Assembly (NCBI GenBank): GCA_964199315.1
Contig: OZ116704.1
Span: 24,552,001-24,616,000, forward strand
Direction: 5' to 3'
Length of the DNA: 64,000 nucleotides
Source of the DNA: Orbicella franksi
Lineage: Eukaryota
Shown in pieces: positions 21,001-33,200 of the stretch (position 1 is the first letter of the stretch; each line of letters opens with the position of its first letter). A program made the translations under genes and the position numbers. The notes beneath the pieces are model-generated. The model searched no databases, was not told the origin of the DNA, and saw only the letters and a list, made by a program, of their open reading frames with translations.

Positions 21001-24000
21001 TTTCAGTTCCTGTCAAGCTAATTAATGTCAGCCGTGACCAGACTGTGCTTGAAGGATCAAACAGGACTTTGGTTTGCGAAGCAACTGGTAAACCAACACC
21101 AAACATCACCTGGAACATAGCCCTGGAGGATGGTAGTAATGGTGAAGTATTACACCAGGGTCCAACTTGGAATTTTCCAAACATCGACCGAGCTGCTTCT
21201 GGAACATACCGTTGTACAGCTAAGAATGAATATGAAACTGTTAGCCAAGTTTTTAAAATGAATGTTACATGTAAGTATTTTACGTATCCATACATGTAAG
21301 TATTTTACGTATCCAAAACATTTGTTACGAACATAAAGAGTGCACCCTGGTCTATTAACAATCAACTAAACACAGTTCACAGTCTATATTTAATGTAACT
21401 GATTTATCTGCGTCTTGCATTCATAGAATCAAGAATCGCTCAATTGGGCTTCTGTAAAATTTTGGATAAAACCTTTTTGCGAAAACCTAGCTTACAAACT
21501 TTACATGTACGTGTAAGAGGTCCCTGAGCTAAAACATCCTATGAAAAAAATCCCCCTGCAATCTTCCAATTCTGTTTCTAAGGACTCGCAATATATTTTA
21601 GTTTTGACATTTGACCACAAGCAGCATTTAATGGTAGGGATGGAAAAATAGCATAAATCAACGAAAATATCTCAACGATTTTGTTCATAATTGTGAATAC
21701 TTGATGGGTTCTCTGGATACAACCTATATTCTTTTTGTTTAATAATAATAATAAAAAACAAAAAACAAAAAACAAAAAACAAAAACAAAACAAAACGAAT
21801 AATTTTTCGGTCACAACCTTTTGACCGTCGTTACTTTGGAAAAGTCGCTACTGACATATACACTTGACGTGTACTGACAGTGAAATTTTATTGGTTTCTT
21901 TACGAGGTTCTTAAGGTGGTCAGACAGAGGGGTCATGTTGCTGGGACACGTTGCAGAGACACGTTGCAGCGACAAAAACGAGTGCAGTACACACTGAGGC
22001 GACATGTAGCAGGGACGTGTAGCGGGGACATGTAGCAGAGACAAAATCGCAACATATGCACACACATGAAAATGTTGCGGGAACATGTCCCAGGGATATG
22101 TTGCAGCGACATGTCCCCTCGTGTAAACTGATACTTTTTTTCATGTGCAACACTAATTTGGGGTATATTTTTTCCCTGCTACATGTCGCACAAAGTTCAG
22201 ATTGTTTAACACCATGGGACACGTCGCGGGGACAAAAGGTTGCAAAGATGCCATGAAACTTCGTGTGTACAGTTACGCAACATGTTCCTGATACAGAATC
22301 AAAAGTTGAGCCAACCAGAGACAACGACCAGAATTCTTTGCGCTCGTGCACAGGAAAAAACAAGATGGCAGCCATCAGTAGCGGTACTCGTGCTGCTGCT
22401 TTTGACTGGAATGATTCTTTTTGCTTTTTTCATGTATCTTAATACCGAACTCCTTAAGTTGTGCCACCTCGATTTGATCGCCGCTAGGTTTCTTGGTGGT
22501 TGTGCCTTCTCAAATCATGCAAACAAAGGTGCCATTGCCTTTTTAGTTTTCTGTCTGGTAGCATTGTCTTTTAGTTGCTTGTCCCATAGAATTGGATTAG
22601 CCTTGAAATGAGCGATCAGCATACGTGTCTGGCTATTATTCCAAGAGATATGACCGCTGTCATATAGGATGGAGAATCATCCTGAACCGATTCTACTTTG
22701 ATGGCCGCCATTTTACTTCAATGATGCAGTGTCTCAAAGCATGCTGGGAATTACCAGAGCCATGCACCACGCGGTCAGTCAGTTCACACGAGGGGACATG
22801 TCGCTGCAGCACATCCCTGGGACATGTTCCCGCAACATTTTCAAGTGTGTGCAAATGTTGTGATTATGTCCCTGCCACCTGTACCCGCTACATGTCCCTG
22901 CCACATGTCCCCGCTACATGTCGCCTCAGTGTGTACTACACACGTTTTTGTCGCTGCAACATGTCGCTGCAACATGTCTCTGCAACATGACCCTTCGTGT
23001 CTGGCCACTTGTACTGCCTTATTTACTAATCCGAGGGCGTCACGTGGTTGAAGATACCTCGGCTAAAACTGGGGAATATCCCAGTGATATTCCCCAGTCT
23101 TCAAGAGATCGCGCGGGTGTTTGCAAAACATATTTGAACGTTAATAAACACAATAGTCTCCTTTTGACATAACAAATATGCTCAGATATTTGCCATTGGA
23201 CATATACTGTTCCTCGAAGCCTGAAGTTTTCCTTAAGCTTTGCTCTTAGAAGACCGCTTCCCAGAAACTATAATATCCAAATATAAGAGCATATTTTCGC
23301 GCCAAATAGAGGCTATGTTTCATTGAAGACTGGCATCCTGGTAAAGCAGTAAACATAGTTATAGCTAGTTTTTAGTTTCATTTTCTTAGCCTCTTTCATT
23401 AATCTTGTAGATCCGGCCAAGATTGTTAAACTTGTGAGTGAACATGAAGTTGCAGCACAACAAAGTGTATCACTTGACTGTCAAGCAGAAGGAAATCCCC
23501 AGCCTAGTTTTATCTGGACACCATGTGATCCACAGCAAAGTGTGTGTCATCAAAGCGTGCTAAATTTTCAAGCCAGTGACCAAAGTGTCTACACGTTCAC
23601 CTGCAAAGTGGAAAATTACCTGGGCAGTGATACAAAAAATACCACTCTTTGTAAGTTAGCAAGAGAACAATTACTTGTTGACAAATGGCTTTTCCGGCAT
23701 TTGTGTTGATCATTGGCTTTCATGAAAATATGAGGCGCAAGTATACCACATACGGATGTAATCTTTTATGCATAACAGTGTAACCCTTTACATTATATCA
23801 GTAGTCGCATCATGTCCTCTCCACTAGCTCTCTTTTAATTTTTTTTTTTGTTACATGTACTTGGCTAGCGCAGTGGATGTTTGCTTCTTACAATAGTTGA
23901 TGTAGACGTTCTTGGTCTCACAATAAGGACCTTACACATATAGGACGGTGACGGCGAGGACGACGCCTAGTAAAAAATGCATTTCTATTTTACTTTCGAT

Positions 24001-27000
24001 TTTCGCATTGATTTGGAACTATCTAGACTGTCTGACGGTATTAAAACTTGCCCCTGCTAAATATGCTACGAATGCGTTCAGTTCCTAATAGAAATTCGAA
24101 AAATTAGCCGTTGTAGTTCACGTTCTCCAGACAACGAAGAATTTGGTCATTTCACGTTGCTGTTTTGCACACGGCGGCAAAGAAATGTAACAAGAATTAT
24201 AATGCACGCGCACAGCCATTGTCCTGCTCATTAAACCTTTTGCTTGGTGACGTTCTCGTTGCCGTTGCCGTCGTGTTTTGCGTAAGTTCCCTTTTTAATG
24301 ATACACAACAACCATCAAGTTTTAAATTTATGGTACGTTTACAATATGCGGCGTGGCTTTAGTAAACAACCAAGCTGAAGATTGTATTCATTGTACGATT
24401 TGGGAGCAAACTATCCATTTTTCAAGAAAAATAAAACTTCGGCAAATTAAGATTTGTCTGTTACTGGCTACGGTCCCGTGCTTGCATTGACTTCACTGTT
24501 TTGTTTGTTAGTCATAGCAAGTGATGTAATTAACGTGACCTTGGTTATCACGGGTGGAGAATGTAACGATGGGGAATACAATCAACTATGGGAGGAACTC
24601 AGCAAAACGGTAACTAATTTGTTTAAGTAAGACACATGTATGTCCAAACCTTATTACGCAGTCACCCTTAGGAAATACTGAGCAAGGCTCGAGACCGTTA
24701 ATAAATAGTGAGTGGGCAGGTGAATTGGCAGACAGGCTAGGCAGCAGTTATGCAAGCAGAATCTATATTATGCGGACCCCCTCGGGACCCTTGCTAGTGT
24801 CCGCTTAATACAGAGTGTCCGCTGAAAACAGGATCCCCAAGATTTAAGAATTCTTCTTCAAAGGGTCAAATAATATTCCTTGGTGTTAAAAGGCTTTGAA
24901 AGTAGTAATTATGTTAGTTTAAAATTCTTATAATAATACCTTTTGTCATCCCGGAATGGTTACGACAAAGACCTTATGTCGTGATATGTTTTACAGTAAG
25001 CAAAATAAATTTTTAAGGTTTTTAACGATGAAAATTAATTTGTATAACTTTTTAAATCAACGGTAATTAATCTCTAACATTCCTCTTTACTGTTGAGGGA
25101 AAGAGGCCAAATTATTAACCATTAGCCGTAAAATACAAGCTCCCTAAAAACAAAATCGAATGTTAAAATGTCGCATTTTTGTGACAGCTCTTTTTTGTCG
25201 GCAAACTTAAATGACCGATCTATTAAAACGCGGAAAAAAAAACAAGCAACTTTTTAGCAGTGTTCGTTTAATACATGTTAAAAAAAAGAAATGACCCTAG
25301 AAGTCAAGTTTAAGGTTTCCTCGTCCGCTTAATAAGGGTGTCCGTTGAATACAGACATTTTTTTTTTTATAGTAAACGTGGGGGAAAAAAAATGGGACTT
25401 GTGCTGCTGTCCGCTTAATAGTGGGTGTCCGCTTAATAAGGGGTCCGTCTAATACAGGTTTGGCTCTAGTTGTTTTGTAAAGTTCGCGGGTTAGTTGTAA
25501 TCTTTGGGCTGAACCGCACTATTGAGTTCATAATCAAATTTAGGAATAGTTGAAATACTGAGTAGGGAACATGACACTGTTAATTAAAGAAACGAGGGAA
25601 CGACGTTGTCGATGTTGTGCTTTGTTACGACAAGTTATATTACAGATTAAATTATCTATCTTGGCAGCACTTTTAGCAGTTTTTAGCGGAACTTGTTATT
25701 TGATCATTTTTCTTTGGTAATTTATATTGAACATATCCATAGAATTAGCCCATTTATAAATTTATAAAATGAATATCAACAATAGTTTATTGAAATTGTT
25801 TATTTCAGATGGACAAGATCTTTGCTGGTAAACTGGGTTATGAAAGTGTGCAACTGAAAAGTATCAGGTATGCAAACAGTTTCAGATTGATTACTTGATC
25901 TTTAAAAATTTAAGTAACCTTTTATTTTATTTTTTGGCAGAAAACTTTCGGACGTTTTTTCAGCACATTTCGCAGAGCGTGGGGAAAGGAGTCTGCAATG
26001 TCCTTCGTTATGACTACTACAGTCAGCGGGTGGAGATGTAGACATTCGTAACGCTACGTAACGCTATGTTTCTGCTAGTAAACTCGCATTTTTTCGATTT
26101 AAATGTGATATTCAATTAAACGGAACCAATTAAAAACTGTAAAAGCAATTATTTTTATTAGGAACTCAAGATATTTTCGGCCTCACTCCGGAAGCTTCCG
26201 AAAGGTCACGGAGTACCTTACTTACACATCTGGTGACACAGTGGTGACTGGCTAAGGTCAGTTACGACGAAAATCGAACTGGTTACGAATTTATCTGCTT
26301 ATCCATTGGGACGTCAAACAGAAAACGAGCTCTAACGATTGTACATGTTCAAGGTCTTATTCTATAACTGGAAAAATTACTTCTTTGCTGAGAGCAGGCC
26401 AATTTATCGTTAATTTTTAATTTGCACTGCAGTACAAATTAACGCGCCCGCTTTCGTGATTTTCCCAGTCATGTAATAAATGAGTAATGATATGAAAGCT
26501 CGAGCAGATTTACATTGCTCGTGATATTTGAAAATTCTCTCAAATTTGCACATGAGGCTCATGCAATTTTGAGAGAATTTTCACTCGTAGTGTAAAACGT
26601 TAACTGCACCTGTATTCATACGATTACCCTCGGAAATAAAAAGAAGTCCACTATATTTGTTTAAAGGCTTCGTTTTGGGTGAGATCTGACAATCTGAAAA
26701 TTTACGAAGCGAAAGAATTTGCTCTTCTTTTTGGTCATTAGTTCAGTTTGAACTTAACTTTTCCCTTTTTCTTCCAAGGTGTGGATGTGTAATTGTTGAT
26801 CTGGCCCTGGAGTTCAGTTCCACTGTAAGAGAAACCGAGGTTCTTTCTATACTTCGAGATGCTGTCAAGAATGGAAAGTTTGGAGATCTTCGTGTGACGG
26901 CCATTACAGGCACACGAGACACTGGGATAACATCCACCATGACCACAACACCTGCCAGCTCATCTGACAGTATGTTGCCATAAAATATCATTTAAATTTT

Positions 27001-30000
27001 GTCCTGTGAATTTGTTTTTCTTTTTTTTAAGATGCCGTAGCGAATTGTCAAGTAGCTGCGTGTCGATCTCTTGTATTTTATTCTTCAAAAACGACATCAG
27101 ATAATAATAGAACTCTCATACTAAGCAAAACATAATCTTTATTTAATAACGGCGAAAATTCGTCAGCTTAAAGCAACCTAATACATTTAATTTCTAATGT
27201 CAGGTGTAATAAAAATAATTAAGCAAAAAAGCTGTTTTGCAAAACGCCGTGCCCTATACATCTCCTTTGAGTAGGCGTTTAAACTGCCTCAGAGACTCTG
27301 CTTCCCAATACGAGAAGGAAGACTGTTCCAAAGAAAGGCGCCACTATAGCTAAATCTATTTTTATAATAGTTTGTGCGCGACAATAGAACAGTTGGTTTA
27401 CTCTCAAAGTCCCTTAGGTTATATGCGGTTTCTTGCCTCTCGCTAAATAAGCTTCATGTATTTTTTACTCTGAAGATATCTAATGACCTTAGGAAAAAAC
27501 TGACATTTAAGACCGGTTTAAAATGTCGAGCATCAAGAAATTAATACATTTAAGAGCACTATAGTTAGTCGTTTGTGTTTACCGAGGTCGCACCAAAGGG
27601 TCATACACTGCTATACCTTGCTGTTGTCAATCTGGCTTAAAACAACTAATGACGGACAAACACAGGGAAGGATTGAAGGACAAAAGGACAAAATAATGGA
27701 AAGGCAGGTGCGGGCAGCCAGCCATCTAGCCAGTCAGATAGAAAAACAGTGAGACATATCTGCCATGTTTAACACAAGCACGTAAAATACGTTTGCTTTG
27801 AAAGAGATCTGATGAAGTTTTCTTTTTATCATATTATAGTAACAGTTCAAGCGTGCGGGGATTGTGCTTGCAGCTGCATCGTATTGGGAGTTGTGATCGG
27901 TATCCTTGTTGTCATAATCATTGCTCTTGTTGTCTACATTTTATGGCTTCACAAGAAAGGTGAGCAATTTTCTAAATATTCTGAATACGTCTTAACAATG
28001 ACTTCCAGACTACTTCCTTTTTTAAAAATCGTTACCTCCTTCCGCTAAACCTCCCACTTCAAGCTACTATGGTTTTGGATGTAAATAGGATGTAGCTGGT
28101 AAAACAGTTATAACTGAACCAGACAACTGAGACAATAAGCTTTAATGTCAGGTATGGGAAGATTTGTGCTTTTATTTCTTGTTTATCAGATTTTTACGTC
28201 TTATAAATTCTTCATCAGCATTTCTTGCAACACTGTCACCCAACGTGGCCCATAATGCCATGTTCAGAGACCTCTGGCATCAGTTAAGCTCTTTTTTGTC
28301 ACTTCATAAAGGACGGGGTAATGAGAAGTCTTATTCATTTTTCCATACTTTCGCCTACCAACGTGATTATAATGTTAATCAAATCCTTTTTCCCCCTTTT
28401 AGAGACTGCAACGAGGGATAGGTAAGCTTGTTAAAGCAGCGCATTTGTGTTCGTTTATTTCATTACTTAGGTCTTATCACTGATTCCGCTTAATAATTTC
28501 GCTATTTGAAATGTGCTACTTCAATGGAGAAATACGCCGTGGTGGCCTGGTGTTTAGTGTGCTGGACCCAGGTCAAGCGGTCTGCGTTCAAGCCCTGCCA
28601 GGGTCATTGTGTCGTGTTCTTGGGTAAGACGCATTACTCTCACAGTGCCTCTCTCCACTAAGCACTATAAATGGGTATTGAAGAATAAAATGTTAGGAGG
28701 GAACCTTGCGATAGACTTGCAGCCCATTAACGGGGAGAAGCACAAAACTCCAAGTCCGTTCAAAGGTCCTTAGTACTTTTGGAATAATGAAGCCTCCCAT
28801 TTCACAAGCTATTTAAAACGTTTTATGTTTTTAAAAAGCTAAAGCTAGTCTAGTCCAAAACATGTTAGGTCTGACACTTAAAGACCTTGGGTCGGGATCT
28901 GGGACGAATTCATAACCATGTATTTTGAGGTGCCATATACGACAAACTGAGCCACCCTGGATACTACGTATTTGAATGTGGATTTTCTTCATACATTGTG
29001 AGAAAACTAGTATGTTGGTTATTTTTTAGGATAAATGGAACGGCATCTAATGAAGAAAGAGGCAAACTACATGTAGGTCTTTACGTCACAAAAAATGCAT
29101 TTCAAAGAAGTTAATATAAAGTATTACATGACTGGCCTTTTACGTGACTGTAATTAACCCTTTGATGGGAGGGACGAGGAAGGGGGGAGGGGTGTAAGAC
29201 GTTGAGGCCATCAACCTTTCATACTTAGAGCATTATAACTATGGCAATGGAACTTGGAGGATTTGTAGCACGTCCAAACATATCTCCTTTGAAGTCCATA
29301 TCATAGAGAGATGACGTTATATGACGTGAAATAGCGTTATCATATCTGAACAGACGCCATCTTTGAGCCATCGTGCGTAAGGTATATTGTTACAGACAGT
29401 CAAAAACCGACAAAGAAAACTTAGAACATCAAGAAGGTTAATGAAATTAAGAATGACAGAAAAAAATACCTCTGAAAATACGGTTGCCCTGGAAACATCA
29501 AGATCCTTGACCAATGAAATGGGATACTTCTTTCTTTCTAGATAAATTTTAGGTAAGTCGTCAAATTTGAAGTTCATTGCTATAGCGCTTTTGAAGTTAC
29601 AAGCGCCATTCAAAGTTGGAAGGCGCCACTAAGGTTTTCGTTACCCTTCTGGTCTGAATTAGTTATGTAGTGAAGTCAGATCAACTTACATCTCCCTTTC
29701 AGAAAAAGTAATTTCTAAACGTCAACTCTGTGTTAACAATATCTCTCGCATTAGACTCAAATGGAAATGGATAACATTGGACTGGACGAAGATCCCGCCA
29801 GGATTCAAAATTCTGGAGATTCCCTTCAAAGCCAATACACGTCATTGAATCAGGCTTCTCGCTTAGAAAACGCATCAGAAGATAGAGAGAATAATTTTTC
29901 ATCAAACGCTACATCAAGCAGCCAATACGCACCTCTTAATCCGTCGACGCGCTCCTGGGAGGTTCCTAGACACCATGTAACTCTAGAAAAGATCATTGGT

Positions 30001-30199
30001 AAAGGTGCGTTTGGTCAGGTTGCCAAGGGAACAGCAATAAGTCTTCGAGGACGGCCTGGGAAGACACTAGTGGCTATTAAAAAGTTAAGAGGTGTGAAAT
30101 GCTTTTAAAATAGTGGTGAAATATTGCAGAATATGTTACGGACTTTCTAATCGTCCATTTCTAGCCTGGAGTCTAGGCAGACTTTAAATACGCATTTTG

Positions 30200-30237
<38 letters not shown>

Positions 30238-33200
30238 TTAATAATAATAAATAATGTTTATTAGTGGCTTATAAAAAATTACAACTGTAAAAATTCTTAG
30301 GACAATATAATAATAATAATAATAATAATAATATAAAAATGCCACAAGCTAAACAAAGAGTTTAGCACTGATAGAGTCACTCTGAGTGTTAAGGCTAGGC
30401 CTCAGTTCTTTGATGAATAGTATTTCGTAAGGGTTAGGGTGGCACTTCTTAAGAACGTGAAATTGGCCCTCATTAAGAAGATTCTTGCCACCGTGTACAT
30501 CTAAAAGGTTTTTACCGATAGCCGAATACTTGTTTTCAGCAATGCGTTCATGAAGGTGTGGGCCTGTATAGCCAACATAGTCTACATGACAGAGATGACA
30601 TGTATATTTATACGTTTTGCAATACTCGGCTTAATTTCTTTCGCCTTAAGATCTTGCTCCAATATTGTACTCACAAAATTGGCTGTAAAGTGACGGCAAT
30701 CTTATTGCTGAGATCAGGTAATTGCCTACGGACTGCATTAGCGGCTATCTGATCTTTGAAGGGAAGGACTATTCTGATCGTGTTGCCATCAACGGTTTTC
30801 TCTTTTGGCTTAGCTGCAATATAAACATATTAATGGTGGAATCTGAGGCCAATTGAATAATCAAGTCGGGCGAATATAGCGCGTAACTTGGCATATTTCT
30901 CATTGAAGGCTTATGTCGTAGATGACAGGGCACAGGCGCGATGTAACATTGTCCTCCATAAACCGGTTTTGTGACGTTTGTCTACCTGGCTTTGAAAATG
31001 CAAGAGTAGACCAGTGTTGGTCGGCTTTCTGTAAACACGCTAAGCTAAATTTGAAAAAGCAAGTTTTTAACTTTGATTTAAAAACAGTCAGGGTTGGACT
31101 TAGTCTTATTTCACGAGGAAATTATGCTAATGATTTGATGCTAGTATTCCGTCACAGCAACATGGTTGTTGTGATATCACAATATCATTGATTTCACGCT
31201 GGTGTCAGTTGGTTTCTACTTTGTTTTCCAAATCGAGTATTGTTAACGTAATGAGGGTTGTTTTTTTCCCGGAAAGCTTGGTGATATTGGTAGGCTAGTA
31301 GCTGCGACTTGTCAATAACTAAATCATGATTATTGTGTTTTGAGAATCTAATTTGGGATTATGTTGCAGAGAATGCGCCCGAGACAGACAAGAGAGACTT
31401 CTTATCAGAACTTGAAATAATGAAACAGCTCAAGCCTCATCCTCATGTCATCAAGCTACTGGGATGCGTCACTGAATCTGGTAAATTTTGAACTAAAACC
31501 CTCAAGGAAACGGTCTTGTTTTGAAATATCACTCGACTCTATTCAATGGGCTTTCCCTTCTTGCTGTTGAGCCAACTCAGATGAATTTATGAATACGTTG
31601 TGTTTAAAACCTCATTTAATGGGAAATATTATTTTTAGTGCACTATAAATTAAAGTACGTTTTATTACATAGGTTTTTATTGTACGCGGTCTGTCTTAGT
31701 TAGGTAGGCCGTTAGTTAATGCAATTAATCTATTCTTGTTAATGTAGTTAATGTATTCTTTGGGTAATTTTTCGCACGACTGCATAGAAGAACATTTTTA
31801 TGACAAGATTTCTTGTTTGCTTAAAAGAATGAATGATTGATGGATAGATGGATGGATGGATGGAGTGATTGATTGATTGATTGACTTACAGTCACTTCAA
31901 AATAGAATAATCCTTCAACTCAACTACAGTTTACCAGTGAAAATCATGAAGATTGTTTTTGTCCAATTACGATCCCATCTTTGTTTAACATCAGCATGCA
32001 GTGTCTCTTTTTTACCTCGTTTTCATCTCAGAGCCTTTGTTAGTGCTGATAGAATATGTTCCATTTGAAGACTTGCTGGGATACCTGAGAAAGAGCCGTG
32101 GGCTGAATGACACTTATTACAAAGACCCGGATATCACACCAAAGACAAGTCTGACGTCACAACGGCTGATGAAATTTGCGTGGCAAATAGCTGATGGAAT
32201 GTCTTATTTGTCATCAAAACAAGTACGTAATGTATTCAGTTATTTAACCTTTTATTGTTGCGCCTTTATTGATTTATTGCGGATTGGCACGTTATTGATG
32301 GAAACCTCTAACTATAACGGTTTCCACGGCGCCATGTTGTGACCTTGTACTGTGACTCCGCTGTAACGAAACTATCGTCATGCACGGTAATAAAATCGTC
32401 ATGTGAACGTTACGTACAATGCCATCCAGGATGGCGAAAAGATTTACCGGAAAGGGTATGATCGTTCTTATTATAGGAAGTGCCTTTGTCAAATCATTTA
32501 AAGGAGATATACAATGTCATGTCATGTTATGTCATATCCTTTTTCTGTTTTCACAAGTGTAGAGTGAAAAACGTTACATTGTACCCATTTTTGTACTGTC
32601 ACAATCTCAGGCCATTTCCCATCGACTCCTGTCTTTTTTCTTAATTTATAATAATTTATTTTCTTTTTTTTTTAATATCATTATATGATGTTAGAAGGAT
32701 TAAACAAGGCAGTTCGTCCAAAACTTGTAATATACATATACCTGGAGCTAAATGTCGAAATGCTTGTACGCTAGTAATTGGCAAACGTTATGTAAAATAT
32801 TTGATTCATTTTGCTGGGTTCGGTACTTCCAAATGTCAGTAATAACCCTCTGTTTCAGATTATCCACCGAGACCTGGCAGCTCGTAATGTGTTGGTTGGT
32901 GAAAGAGAAACTTGTAAAGTGACAGACTTTGGAATGGCTAGAGATGTTCAACAGGACAACATTTACGAACGAAAATCAAAGGCAAGAGACAAGATGAAGG
33001 AATAAGTCCCAGAGACTTGTCTCTTTAAAACCCTTCGTGTGAACTATTCATGGGACAAGTCTCTGCGACCGAGTGAAAATAATTTAACAAAAAATCAGGC
33101 TTTTATTTACTTTTCCAAATTGCGCTTTGCACTGACGAAGGGGTAACGCTCGAAATGTTAGCTTCATTGACTTGCTACGACGGTTAATTTACAATATTTA

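Noticed and set aside
21811-23172. Several overlapping Cys-rich ORFs on both strands
   Set aside because: They arise from the ACATGT-repeat TIRs of a non-autonomous transposon.
29011-29029. Alternative in-frame acceptor for exon 10 that would make the micro-exon unnecessary
   Set aside because: It has a purine-rich, poor acceptor context, whereas the 19-nt exon has strong sites and is conserved in a second copy.
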